Shown here: positions 53,376 to 63,580 of the stretch, one piece after another | How the letters are laid out: each line of letters starts with the position of its first letter | How positions within the stretch are numbered: the first letter of the stretch is position 1 | IMG/VR virus record: IMGVR_UViG_3300020576_004720 | Location: 7,706-71,705 of that record | Reading direction: 5' to 3' (one strand) | Origin: a virus | Length of the DNA: 64,000 nucleotides | Translations under genes and position numbers: made by a program | Notes under the pieces: generated by a model | The model's input: only the letters and a program-made list of their open reading frames with translations | The model's database searches: none | What the model was told of the DNA's origin: nothing

Positions 53376-56008
53376 AAAATAAATATAGACCTAAATATCA
53401 ATTAGGTAAAAATAAAGTACCTCCATTATCTCAGGAAGAGATGCCATATCATGTTTTAACAAATCCAACTGGTTATAAAACACCAGTTAGCACTGTGTTA
53501 AATAATGCTAAAAAAGTTAAAGAACCAGAGACTAAATCTATAAGAAAGAGGATTTATGATGGTAGTAAACTAGCAATGAATGCTGAAATGCCAAAAGGAT
53601 TAGGTATTCTTCGTGATATAATGTTAGGTCCAGGTGCATCTGTAGCAAATCTATTAAATCCAGAAGAAGCCTATAAAGGACAAAGTATGCTGGAATCAAT
53701 GGGTAGTAGTGCAGTTGATATGTTTAATGCAGGTATTACACCTAATGTAGTTTTTAGACCTATAGAAAAAGTTTATTCAAAACTATCAAATTTAGGAACT
53801 AAAGCATTAGATAAACTTACTACTAAAATGTTTAGACCTAGATTCTCAACTGCTGTTGATGATTTAGGTTATCATAGTCTTGATTCAAAAACAGGTAAAC
53901 AAGTGTATGAACTTACAGATGAAGAAATGTTTACACCTGACTATGAACCTCATTTTTCCAGTGAACAATATAAAAAATTTTTAGAAGAAGATACTCCTTT
54001 ATCTAGAGATGCTAGAAGAGTACTATATAATGAAGACTACCATGTTAATCAACTTATTGATAATATGCAAGTTCCAATTCCTAATTCATGGATTCCATCT
54101 AGAGCAATGAAGGTTGCAGAGGCTGAGAATAGTGAAACTATTGGTAAAATACTAGGAAAGTATTTTTCATCACCTTCTTATCAAAAGAAAGGAGGACTAA
54201 TAAAAGCTCAAATTGGATTAAATGGAACACCTTTACAAGGAGTTAGAAGACAAGGTAATTACTTATGGGATAATCCTATTGAAATAAATCAACCTTATCC
54301 TCAAGTAAAATTTTCTGATACAGGAGTACAAATACCAGAAGAAATACAAAATGATTTAATTGCAGAAGATAGGTGGAGTATGATTCCAGGATTTGACCAA
54401 TTTTCTGAAAGAATGAATCCTGCAAATCCTATTCAGAAAGGAAGAACTGCAGTTGGTCAACCTATAACAAGAAGTCCTCAAACTCAAAAGAAAGAACCTT
54501 TTAATCCTTACTTTATGTTAAGAGGAGCTACAACTGGACTTTCATGGTTGGCAAATAATAAAGAAATGAATAGGCAGAATCAATATATGTATAATCAATA
54601 TAGTACTCTTGGGCAAATGGAACCAGCAAACATTGAAGATTTTCAACCGAATTATTACTCCTTATATGCAAGATTTGGTGGTAAAGTAAGTAAACAAATG
54701 GGTGGTGAGCAATCTAATATTCCAATTGCTCAAAAAGGTGGTAGAGCACCTATTACGGTAACAGATAAAAACGACCCAAGACTTAGAGCTTATAATGATA
54801 GTTTGATTTTGTACAAGAATCAGATTTTAAAAGATAATTTTTATAAAAATAATCCAAACTATATAAAGAGAGAGAAAAGTGGCACTTCTAATGACAATAT
54901 TCCAAATTTAATACAAGGAATAGAGAAATTTAAAAAAAACCTTTCTACAAAACAATATGAATACTTATTGGAAAAATTATCTATTGATGCAAATTTTGGT
55001 TCAGATATAGTGTTCTCTCCAAAACAAGAAAAGAATTTTAATAATAGATATAGAAAAGTTAATAATAATATTTATTCATCGGGAGATATATTAGATGGAG
55101 CTATTGATTACTATTTTGACCCTAAAGCCCCAGTTTCTCTATTCAGTGACAATATACTACCTCAAAAATGGGAATCATATATAGCTTCTAATAATAAAGA
55201 TAAAACCAGAAAAATTGATATTACTGATGTTCCTATATATGATAGAGATTTGATAAAACCAGTACAACCAGTAGTATATCAGAAACCACAACCTAAAACT
55301 CAAGAGAGAGTCCCTATTGTTGTTACCAATCCTAATGACCCTCGTTTAAAAGCTTATAATGATAGTTTGAGTTTATATAATAGCTTTTATAAACCTAAAA
55401 TAACTAATTCTTCAGCATATAGCGATTGGATTTTAAAAGAAGAAGATTTAAATAAAGAATATTTTAAAAATCAAGAGAGAATAATACAAAATCCTAATAA
55501 TACAAATAAAAAAATAAAACCTGTAGATAAACAATTAAGTGTTTCAAAAGCTGGACCTTTATATCAAAAAGATTTTTATAAAAAACCAGTACAACCAGTA
55601 GTATATAAAGAAGAACCAAAAGATTATCCAATAGTAACCAGACCTAAAGGACAAGTAAGAGGTACTATAAGTGGTGGAGAAATGAGTCCAGATACAACAA
55701 AAAGTGGTGCTTCAGTTTTTGGCCCTGCTAATAGTTTAATTGGTTATTGGAAAGATGGTCAATTTTGGCCAACTGATGGTGCTGCTGGAAAAGTAAATCA
55801 AGCTGATTTAGATTTAAAGAATAATCCAGAAGAACTTTCTAAATTTCTAAGAGGTAAAGGTTTACAAATGAAAAAGGGTGGATTTATGGGAATTAATCCA
55901 GAACATAAAGGATATTGTACGCCAATGACAAAATCAACTTGTACACCACATAGAAAAGCACTTGCTAAGACTTTAAAAAAATATCACGGATTTCATAAAA
56001 AAAAATAA
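53372..56008 (+). CDS. large repeat-containing virion protein (878 aa)
   Basis: Contains the RAPITVTDKNDPRLRAYNDSL, KPVQPVVY and KKGG repeat modules shared with the next gene. Confidence 0.55.
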   Translation: MKNKYRPKYQLGKNKVPPLSQEEMPYHVLTNPTGYKTPVSTVLNNAKKVKEPETKSIRKRIYDGSKLAMNAEMPKGLGILRDIMLGPGASVANLLNPEEAYKGQSMLESMGSSAVDMFNAGITPNVVFRPIEKVYSKLSNLGTKALDKLTTKMFRPRFSTAVDDLGYHSLDSKTGKQVYELTDEEMFTPDYEPHFSSEQYKKFLEEDTPLSRDARRVLYNEDYHVNQLIDNMQVPIPNSWIPSRAMKVAEAENSETIGKILGKYFSSPSYQKKGGLIKAQIGLNGTPLQGVRRQGNYLWDNPIEINQPYPQVKFSDTGVQIPEEIQNDLIAEDRWSMIPGFDQFSERMNPANPIQKGRTAVGQPITRSPQTQKKEPFNPYFMLRGATTGLSWLANNKEMNRQNQYMYNQYSTLGQMEPANIEDFQPNYYSLYARFGGKVSKQMGGEQSNIPIAQKGGRAPITVTDKNDPRLRAYNDSLILYKNQILKDNFYKNNPNYIKREKSGTSNDNIPNLIQGIEKFKKNLSTKQYEYLLEKLSIDANFGSDIVFSPKQEKNFNNRYRKVNNNIYSSGDILDGAIDYYFDPKAPVSLFSDNILPQKWESYIASNNKDKTRKIDITDVPIYDRDLIKPVQPVVYQKPQPKTQERVPIVVTNPNDPRLKAYNDSLSLYNSFYKPKITNSSAYSDWILKEEDLNKEYFKNQERIIQNPNNTNKKIKPVDKQLSVSKAGPLYQKDFYKKPVQPVVYKEEPKDYPIVTRPKGQVRGTISGGEMSPDTTKSGASVFGPANSLIGYWKDGQFWPTDGAAGKVNQADLDLKNNPEELSKFLRGKGLQMKKGGFMGINPEHKGYCTPMTKSTCTPHRKALAKTLKKYHGFHKKK
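54737..54804 (+). repeat. 68-nt direct repeat, copy 1 (identical to 60432-60499)
   Basis: Exact 68-nt identity, read directly. About 85 nt at near identity with the flanks. Encodes GGRAPITVTDKNDPRLRAYNDSL. Confidence 0.8.
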
Positions 56009-56009
56009 T

Positions 56010-59000
56010 ATGGATTTAAAATCAATACTTGGATATAGTCAAGGTTCACCATTTGCAAATAACCCTTATTTAAATATACAGGGTAATAATATCACTATGC
56101 AAAATACTGATATTCCTTTACTTTTGCAACCAATGAAGAAAGGTAAAAAGTTTGGAAAACCAAAAATGGGAATACCATTTGATAAAAATCCATACTTGTT
56201 CCCTTCTGCAGATTCTGTAATGGAAATTCCTTTAATGCAAAAAGGGGGTATTAGTTATGAAGATTGGAAGAAAAAATATAACCTGAAAGAAAGTAATGAC
56301 TATAGATTACAAAGAGCTTGGGAATTGGGTTATGTTCCTGATAATCAAGGTCATTTACCAAGTGTAGATAATCAAACTTTAGAATTTTTAAAAGCTCCGA
56401 ATCATCCTAGTATTAAGTCAGAATTAGAATGGTATAATAGTCCTGAAGCACAGGGTTTTAAAAGTAAGTATGACATAGATTCTACAGGACTGTTTTGGAA
56501 ATATGTTCCAAAAATGCAAAGTGGAGGAAAAGGAGGGTTTTCTTGGATGCAACCAATTCCAAGACCTTCATCTGAAAGTACAAGTATGGGAGTAGATGTT
56601 CTAAGAAGAAATCCCGAACTTGAACGTAAAGTTGCTAATCAAAGAGCTATTCAGGAAAGTCTTGAAAAACAAGGACAAATTAAACAAGCTGAGCCAAAAA
56701 GATCTGCTAAATCTAAAGCATGGGCTATTGCTACACATCCCATGACAGCTCTTAAATATAAACTGCATGGACAAGATATTCCAGAAAACTTTGAAAGAGG
56801 GGAAGTTAACCCTTTAGAACATGCTGTCAATATAGTTAATCCTTTTGCATATGGAGATATTGCTGCTTCTATTCCAGGAAATATCAGAAGAGGAGAATAT
56901 CTTCAAGCTGGATTAAATACAGCTAGTATATTACCATTTGCTGCAGAATTTCGTCCACAATTAAAAAATATAACAAAAACACTTATAGATATTCCAAGAG
57001 CTGAAAGTTTAAAAGAAGCGATGGGAAGAGTTGCTGGTATTCCTCTAAAGAAGGATCTTCCAAGAATGGCTGCTGAGGATGTTAAAGCTCTTAGGCAAGT
57101 TCAGGAAATAGGAAGACTTAGGGCAACAAATGTTTCAATGGCTGAACAAATGAAATATGGTTTGGAGAGTAATCTTCCAGAAGAACACTTCCAACAAGTA
57201 TTTAGAAAATCTAGACAAGAAGCTCAAGATTTATTAAATGAAGGATTTGGTCAACAGAAAGCTGCTAGATTTGCTGATATAAGAGGTAGAATAAATTTAC
57301 AAAGACCATCTAGAGGAAGAGATTTAGATATTGATGTAACAGGTATTACAGATGAAAGATTTCAAAGAGCTTATAATGATTTAATTAGTTCAGGAAGAGT
57401 AAGTAGAACAATTATTCCAGGACAAGAGAGTTCTAGAATACCTCTATCCATGCAATTAAAACAAGATATTAATCTTGGAGTAAATAAACTTAGTAATAAA
57501 TTAGAAGACTTTGTAGGTAATGTAGCACAAAACTATCCATTCTACAGTGGAGAGGTTCTTGAAAAAGTTCCTTCTCTTTCCCTATCTGGTTCAGGAAATT
57601 TATTTGCCACAAATTACCATCGTTTGCACAGGATGCAAAAAGAAGTTTCTAAAAAAGTTAGTTTTGCACCAGAAGGTATTAAATCAGGAGATGTATTTAC
57701 AGGAAGTACAAATACATCACACAGTTCATATCTTCCTCAGTTAAAACAAGTATTTAAATACACTAAAGGAGATCCTCAGTTCCTTGGATATAGACCTATG
57801 AATACACTTGGTTTTCTATCAGGGTATGGGTATGAAGGAAAAGATATTGCTAAATATTTAAATAGTGAAATAGATGAACAAATTAAAAGAGGCATACTTC
57901 CAAAAAATATACAAAGACCTTTTGTAAAAGGAGAATATGTTATACTTCCTCATTATGGAGTGAAGCAACATAAGAAAGGTGGTGTAATAAAAGCCCAAAA
58001 TGGAATAGAAGGAACTATGGGAGGATATACAGACATTCCTTTTAAATACAATAGTGCTTGGGGTGGACAGTTTCAAATGGGTGGTTCTCTTCCTGGTTCT
58101 GTAGGATTTACATACGCACGTACACAAGGTATTCCTTCTGAAGGACCTTATGCTAAGAAGACTATGCCTAGTGCACAGAATGGAAAAGTTCATAAAAAAT
58201 ATTTACCTGAAAAAGTTGAAAATTGGCAAGAACCTAAATATGTCGCAGGATTAAATTCTGAAGGACACTATGGATATGATGGCAAAGGCACAATTAATTA
58301 TGATCCAAATAGTCAGATAGAAAACATAAATAATCCTTGGTGGGTTGAGCATGAGAAATATCATCATTTCCAAACATTATCTGGAAGGAATCCAAAAGAA
58401 AGAAGACAGCAAGAGGTAGATAATCAAGTGAATGAAATGATTAAGTCTAATCCAGGATTGCAGTTTATTCCAAAAAGTAAATTAATAAGTGGATCAAAAC
58501 CTAATGAGAAAGGTCAAAAGTCTTTTGTAGGTGCTGAAGATCTCATATATGAAAATCCTTCTACTCTTGAAGGAGAGGCTAGACTATATGAAGATTATAT
58601 TAATAGTGGTGGTAAATCTATTTTTCCAAAACAAGAAAATGGTGGTATGTCCTACTACCAACATGGACTAGACTGGAAACCAAAGAGTATTAGTAAAAAA
58701 GGATCTAAAGTTCCAAAAGCTCAAGTGGGCATTAAGTATGTAATGCCTAGAGCAGCTTCTGAAAGCACTGCTATAATGTTCTTTGATCCTGTAACAAAAA
58801 GAATGGTTAGTACAGCCACTACAGGACAAAAGAAAGAAGATGTAAAAGCTTCTACAGAAGCTATGGGGAAAGCTAAAAGAAGAGAAGAACAAGAGAAAAA
58901 ACAAAGAATAGCTGAGAGAAAAGCTGCTAAAGCTTTTAATGAGGGCAAATCTAAAACCTTCACATTCCCTACAGGAGAAACTAAATCTCTAGACCAAATG

Positions 59001-61874
59001 GACTGGAGAGAGAAAGCTTATGTTTCTGGTAAATCTGTTGAAGGTAAAGGTAGATTTAATGAAAATGATGAAGCCTGGTATGATGATTGGTTAAATCCTT
59101 TTGGTATAATAGGTAATATGAGTGGAGCATTAGGAACAGCTCCTTATGAGGCTAAACAATCTGATTCCAATCTTCCTTACATTGGAGCTGTAGCAAGTCC
59201 ACTACTTATGGGAAGAATGGCAGGTTCTGGAAAGATTAACCCCCTTAGTAAAAAGTTTTGGACTAATGAGGTTTCCAATCGTGAGTTTATTTCTAATTTA
59301 GGATTTGGTCCTGTTGGAATGATTGGTGGTATTTCTAAAGTTCCTGGTAAGATAGCTCAGTCTATGGAATCAGGACTTCTTTCTAATATACCTGGTCCCA
59401 AAACTATTACTCTATCTAAAATGTTGAATAATAGTAAACTGAATAAAACATTAGCTGATAATCTTTATGCCAATCGTATTCTTGAGGAAGAATTAATAGC
59501 TCCTAATATATCATATAGAGGGACACCTAATTTTCCAGAAGGTAAAATAATAAACCACTATGGTGCTCCTTTTCTACAGAAAGATGGTAGAATGTACTAT
59601 ATGGCAGAATTTGAAAATGGTTTTGGACTTAACGATGCTACATATGATTTTATGCCAAGACCAGATTATAAATATCCCTCTAAACATATAAAAAACTTAC
59701 AAAAAAAATATAATGTTTCGGATGCTGCTGAATCTGAATTTAATAGCATATCCACACCATATGATAACTATTATCCTTTTGATCAAACTGTCACTCCTGT
59801 AGATGATTGGATTATTCATAATGATTTTGGACAAATAAAAGGAGATAAAACATGGTGGAAAAAAAGTAGTCCATATAAAGGAACTACTGCAAGGACTTTA
59901 TTTGATAAACCTGTTGGTAGACATTTATTTACAAAACAATCATCTTTGGAGTCTTTTTTAAAAAAACCGCTTGACCAACACAGAGAGTTGATAGGAGATG
60001 TAATTAATAAAGGAAATGTACCAAGAGAGGGTATTACAATAACACCTAATGTTGAAAAATCTTTAGAAGATATAGAAGGGTTAAAGTCATTTACATATAA
60101 TCCTATTACAAAATCAATGGAAAGAGGTATATACGATCCATTGGTAAGAAGTCGTATTAGAACTAATCCTGAAGTTATTCAAAATTGGTTAGAAACATTT
60201 AAAAAAGTTACTAAACAAAAACAAGGTGGTGTAGTAAAAGATAATATGGGATATTGGAATCCAGAGAATTGGGGAAAGGTGGTGGAAATAAATTCTCCAG
60301 ATATAACAATGCAGGGAGTAAATCAACCTCTCTTAGGAATCTCAGATGAAGGAGATATTCAATACATGGAACCGGGAAAAGATTATAAATTTAAGGGTAA
60401 GAAGGTGACAGAATATCCAATAGCTCAACAAGGTGGTAGAGCACCTATTACGGTAACAGATAAAAACGACCCAAGACTTAGAGCTTATAATGATAGTTTA
60501 GCTTTGTATAATAGTATTAAAAAATATAGTTTAGATACTAAAAAACCTATCACGGCATATTCTCAAGATGATGCTAATTATCTTAAATTACTATACCCAA
60601 ATAACAAAGTAACTACAGTAGAAAATATTAAGTTAGACCCATACACTAAAAGTACTTTTGAGGAATATGGTCGTAAAACTAATTTTGTTGTAGGAAAGAA
60701 TTATTCTCAAAAAGAATTAAATTTAGAATCAAATAAAGCAGAACAATACCGTAATAAAGTTGCTATTACACCTTTTACCCATAATAGAGGTAATATGATT
60801 ACTGATGATAAAGGAGTTGCTTTAAGAAACACAAAAATAGCACCAATAGGTTCAGGATATGGTGATATGTCTGATAAAGATAATTGGAATAGTGGACTTG
60901 TAACACTATATAAAAAACCAGTACAACCATATATTTTTCAAGAACAACCTGGATTACAAAAAAGAGTAGGTAAAGTAAATCCTATAACTACTCCAGACAA
61001 TATGTATGGATTTCCTGATAGATTACAAGGTGTTGGAACTCAAAAACTTCCACCAGTTCCTCAAGGGAATTATATGGTGGGATACTTTGATGAAAGTAAT
61101 CAAGGAGTGGATAGAGGGTTTCCAACTAAAGAAGCAGCAGATGATTTCATAAAGATACTTAATCAGCGTAATTTAAATTCTGTTGCTCCTTATCGTGGAA
61201 GTATAACACAATATACAAAATTACAAGATGGTGGACAAATAGATGACAATGATGAATTCTTTAACTTCTTATTTAGTGATGAAGAGGTAGAACAAGAACA
61301 AGAAGACGATATGCAGGTAGGTTCTATTTGGAATCAGGTAGATACAGTTGCTCAAAGTAGAGATGAAAAAACTGATGCAAAAAGACAAAGAGAGTATTAT
61401 ATTCAAAGTTATAATGCTTCTCAATTTGGAGGTGGGGAAAATAAAGCACAATATGCTTATAACTTTTTTAAATCTAGAGGATTAGCATCTCATCAGGCTG
61501 CAGGAGTTGTTAATAATTTAATACAAGAATCTGGAAATTTTAGAGATGATGTTATATCTTTTGAAACAACTGGAGACAATAACTTAAAAGATAAGGCTTA
61601 TGGAGTTGCTCAATGGAAAGGCGAAAGAAAAAATAACTTTTTAAAATTTGCATCCTCAAATGGTTTAAATCCTTATAGTTTAGACACTCAATTGATGTTT
61701 GTTGAAATAGAGGCAAAACAAAGAGGTGACTGGGATAAGTTATTAAATACTAAAGATATACCTGAAGCAACACATGTATTTAACTATAATTATGAAGTTT
61801 CGGCAGATTCAAGAAATCCAGCTACAAGATACTTAAGATTAAAACACACTAACAAATATAATATATGGGAGTAG
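56010..61874 (+). CDS. giant protein (1954 aa) with a C-terminal phage tail-lysozyme-like domain; tape-measure or ejection-protein candidate
   Basis: C-terminal HQAAGVVNNLIQESGNF...AYGVAQWKGERK...LDTQLMFVEIE resembles the phage tail lysozyme domain family. Shares the internal repeat modules with the 878-aa protein. Confidence 0.5.
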   Translation: MDLKSILGYSQGSPFANNPYLNIQGNNITMQNTDIPLLLQPMKKGKKFGKPKMGIPFDKNPYLFPSADSVMEIPLMQKGGISYEDWKKKYNLKESNDYRLQRAWELGYVPDNQGHLPSVDNQTLEFLKAPNHPSIKSELEWYNSPEAQGFKSKYDIDSTGLFWKYVPKMQSGGKGGFSWMQPIPRPSSESTSMGVDVLRRNPELERKVANQRAIQESLEKQGQIKQAEPKRSAKSKAWAIATHPMTALKYKLHGQDIPENFERGEVNPLEHAVNIVNPFAYGDIAASIPGNIRRGEYLQAGLNTASILPFAAEFRPQLKNITKTLIDIPRAESLKEAMGRVAGIPLKKDLPRMAAEDVKALRQVQEIGRLRATNVSMAEQMKYGLESNLPEEHFQQVFRKSRQEAQDLLNEGFGQQKAARFADIRGRINLQRPSRGRDLDIDVTGITDERFQRAYNDLISSGRVSRTIIPGQESSRIPLSMQLKQDINLGVNKLSNKLEDFVGNVAQNYPFYSGEVLEKVPSLSLSGSGNLFATNYHRLHRMQKEVSKKVSFAPEGIKSGDVFTGSTNTSHSSYLPQLKQVFKYTKGDPQFLGYRPMNTLGFLSGYGYEGKDIAKYLNSEIDEQIKRGILPKNIQRPFVKGEYVILPHYGVKQHKKGGVIKAQNGIEGTMGGYTDIPFKYNSAWGGQFQMGGSLPGSVGFTYARTQGIPSEGPYAKKTMPSAQNGKVHKKYLPEKVENWQEPKYVAGLNSEGHYGYDGKGTINYDPNSQIENINNPWWVEHEKYHHFQTLSGRNPKERRQQEVDNQVNEMIKSNPGLQFIPKSKLISGSKPNEKGQKSFVGAEDLIYENPSTLEGEARLYEDYINSGGKSIFPKQENGGMSYYQHGLDWKPKSISKKGSKVPKAQVGIKYVMPRAASESTAIMFFDPVTKRMVSTATTGQKKEDVKASTEAMGKAKRREEQEKKQRIAERKAAKAFNEGKSKTFTFPTGETKSLDQMDWREKAYVSGKSVEGKGRFNENDEAWYDDWLNPFGIIGNMSGALGTAPYEAKQSDSNLPYIGAVASPLLMGRMAGSGKINPLSKKFWTNEVSNREFISNLGFGPVGMIGGISKVPGKIAQSMESGLLSNIPGPKTITLSKMLNNSKLNKTLADNLYANRILEEELIAPNISYRGTPNFPEGKIINHYGAPFLQKDGRMYYMAEFENGFGLNDATYDFMPRPDYKYPSKHIKNLQKKYNVSDAAESEFNSISTPYDNYYPFDQTVTPVDDWIIHNDFGQIKGDKTWWKKSSPYKGTTARTLFDKPVGRHLFTKQSSLESFLKKPLDQHRELIGDVINKGNVPREGITITPNVEKSLEDIEGLKSFTYNPITKSMERGIYDPLVRSRIRTNPEVIQNWLETFKKVTKQKQGGVVKDNMGYWNPENWGKVVEINSPDITMQGVNQPLLGISDEGDIQYMEPGKDYKFKGKKVTEYPIAQQGGRAPITVTDKNDPRLRAYNDSLALYNSIKKYSLDTKKPITAYSQDDANYLKLLYPNNKVTTVENIKLDPYTKSTFEEYGRKTNFVVGKNYSQKELNLESNKAEQYRNKVAITPFTHNRGNMITDDKGVALRNTKIAPIGSGYGDMSDKDNWNSGLVTLYKKPVQPYIFQEQPGLQKRVGKVNPITTPDNMYGFPDRLQGVGTQKLPPVPQGNYMVGYFDESNQGVDRGFPTKEAADDFIKILNQRNLNSVAPYRGSITQYTKLQDGGQIDDNDEFFNFLFSDEEVEQEQEDDMQVGSIWNQVDTVAQSRDEKTDAKRQREYYIQSYNASQFGGGENKAQYAYNFFKSRGLASHQAAGVVNNLIQESGNFRDDVISFETTGDNNLKDKAYGVAQWKGERKNNFLKFASSNGLNPYSLDTQLMFVEIEAKQRGDWDKLLNTKDIPEATHVFNYNYEVSADSRNPATRYLRLKHTNKYNIWE
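60432..60499 (+). repeat. 68-nt direct repeat, copy 2
   Basis: Identical to 54737-54804. Confidence 0.8.
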
Positions 61875-63535
61875 GAGATAACAAATCGTACAAAAATATG
61901 TACCATTTTACAGGAAAGTACTATCAGAACGATCCTAGTAAATTACCATCATTACATAATGATAATCCAAAAATCAATGATTCTATTGATGAGAATCCTT
62001 ATGCAGCTAATGTAGAAGTAGAGGAAGGAGAGATAATACTCAATCCTGATTTATCTGCATTATTCAAAGCAAAGGGTAAAAAGCACTCTCAAGGTGGTAC
62101 AGATGTATACCTTAAAGGAGGATCTTTTGTATTTTCTGATCATAAGTCAATGAATATATCTAATGATGAACAAGAAATGTTTGAACTAAAAACAGGCAAA
62201 AAGAATACTCCTGCAGAGGTACTTAAAAGAAATATTGATACTAAGCATTATAATGCATTGGTTCAGAACCTTTTAGATCCTAAAAAGGATGATTTAGCTA
62301 AAAGAAGTTCATCTATGATGTTAGAAAAGTATGTTGAAAAACTAGGACAAATAGGATACATACAAGAATCCAAAAAAGGATTTCCAGATGGTACTCCTGC
62401 ATTTTCTACAAATACTGCACCTGTATTTGACAAAGATATAAAAGAAGATATTATGGAAAGTAAACAATATATGAAGTACGGTGGAAGAATTCTTCCTAAG
62501 TTTCAAGTGGCAGGTGGTTGGGGAAGATTATCTACATTTTTTGACCAAAAGAAAGAAGTGATCCCAGAAGGATATAGATTAAATCCATTAGCTGGATTTA
62601 GAGGTATGCCAAGATATATTCCTACAGGTACTCAGTCAGTAACTACACAGACAACAACTCCTCCCGTAGCAACTACTCCTCCACAAACTAGTACTAATAC
62701 AAAAGTTTCTGGTGTTCCTGAAAAAACTTCAGGTAATCCATATAATAAACAGTTAGAAATAAAAATAACTCCTGGGGAAATTGGATATGCTACTCCAGAT
62801 ATAGGAGTTGGTAAAATAGATGAAAAACCAGATTCATTTATGAAAATTCCGTGGGAGTTTACTCCTTATCAAAAGGAAAGTCAAGCTTATAATGCACTAA
62901 AAGCAGCCTCTGTAAAAAGGTATATGCCTATGAGAAGTAGATTTAATACTACTTACATGGACCCTTCTTTACTTAATCCAGAGCAAACTATAGCAGACAT
63001 GAAAGGTCTTGCTAATCAACAAGTTGGAGCTACATCTGCATTAAATCCTATACTTGGTAATGCACAGGCAAATGATATATGGGCATCTTTACTGGATAAA
63101 GCTCCAACTATAAGAAACCAATATGATAATCAAAACTCACAGATTATAAATAGTTCTAGACAATTTAATACTCAATTAAAAACTCAGAAAACCCTTACAG
63201 ATATGCAGAATGATCAGAATTACTATAGAGAGTCTATAACTGGTCAACAGAACTATGATAACATGAAGAACTACATGTGGGATCAGTTTATGAATAATAG
63301 AATGAGAGATGTAGAGACTAATCAATCTTTAGCATATATGATGGCTACTCAAAAGAATCCAGCTTGGAGATTTGATTATAAAACAGGTCAATTCTTAAGA
63401 AATAAGAAAGATTTTAGAGATGTTGATGATGATCAATTCTCAAAGCTTTTAAATGAGATGATTGGAAATTATAAATCATATGATCCAAAGGTACAAGTTG
63501 CAATTCTGTCACTTTTAAAATCTAAATTAACATAA
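61865..63535 (+). CDS. large virion-associated protein (556 aa) with a Thr/Pro-rich linker
   Basis: ORF overlapping the giant gene by 10 nt. Contains a YGG/KKGG-type motif. Confidence 0.5.
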   Translation: MGVGDNKSYKNMYHFTGKYYQNDPSKLPSLHNDNPKINDSIDENPYAANVEVEEGEIILNPDLSALFKAKGKKHSQGGTDVYLKGGSFVFSDHKSMNISNDEQEMFELKTGKKNTPAEVLKRNIDTKHYNALVQNLLDPKKDDLAKRSSSMMLEKYVEKLGQIGYIQESKKGFPDGTPAFSTNTAPVFDKDIKEDIMESKQYMKYGGRILPKFQVAGGWGRLSTFFDQKKEVIPEGYRLNPLAGFRGMPRYIPTGTQSVTTQTTTPPVATTPPQTSTNTKVSGVPEKTSGNPYNKQLEIKITPGEIGYATPDIGVGKIDEKPDSFMKIPWEFTPYQKESQAYNALKAASVKRYMPMRSRFNTTYMDPSLLNPEQTIADMKGLANQQVGATSALNPILGNAQANDIWASLLDKAPTIRNQYDNQNSQIINSSRQFNTQLKTQKTLTDMQNDQNYYRESITGQQNYDNMKNYMWDQFMNNRMRDVETNQSLAYMMATQKNPAWRFDYKTGQFLRNKKDFRDVDDDQFSKLLNEMIGNYKSYDPKVQVAILSLLKSKLT

Positions 63536-63580
63536 AAGATTAATTGGAAATCATACAATTAATCAATATCTTTGTAGTTT

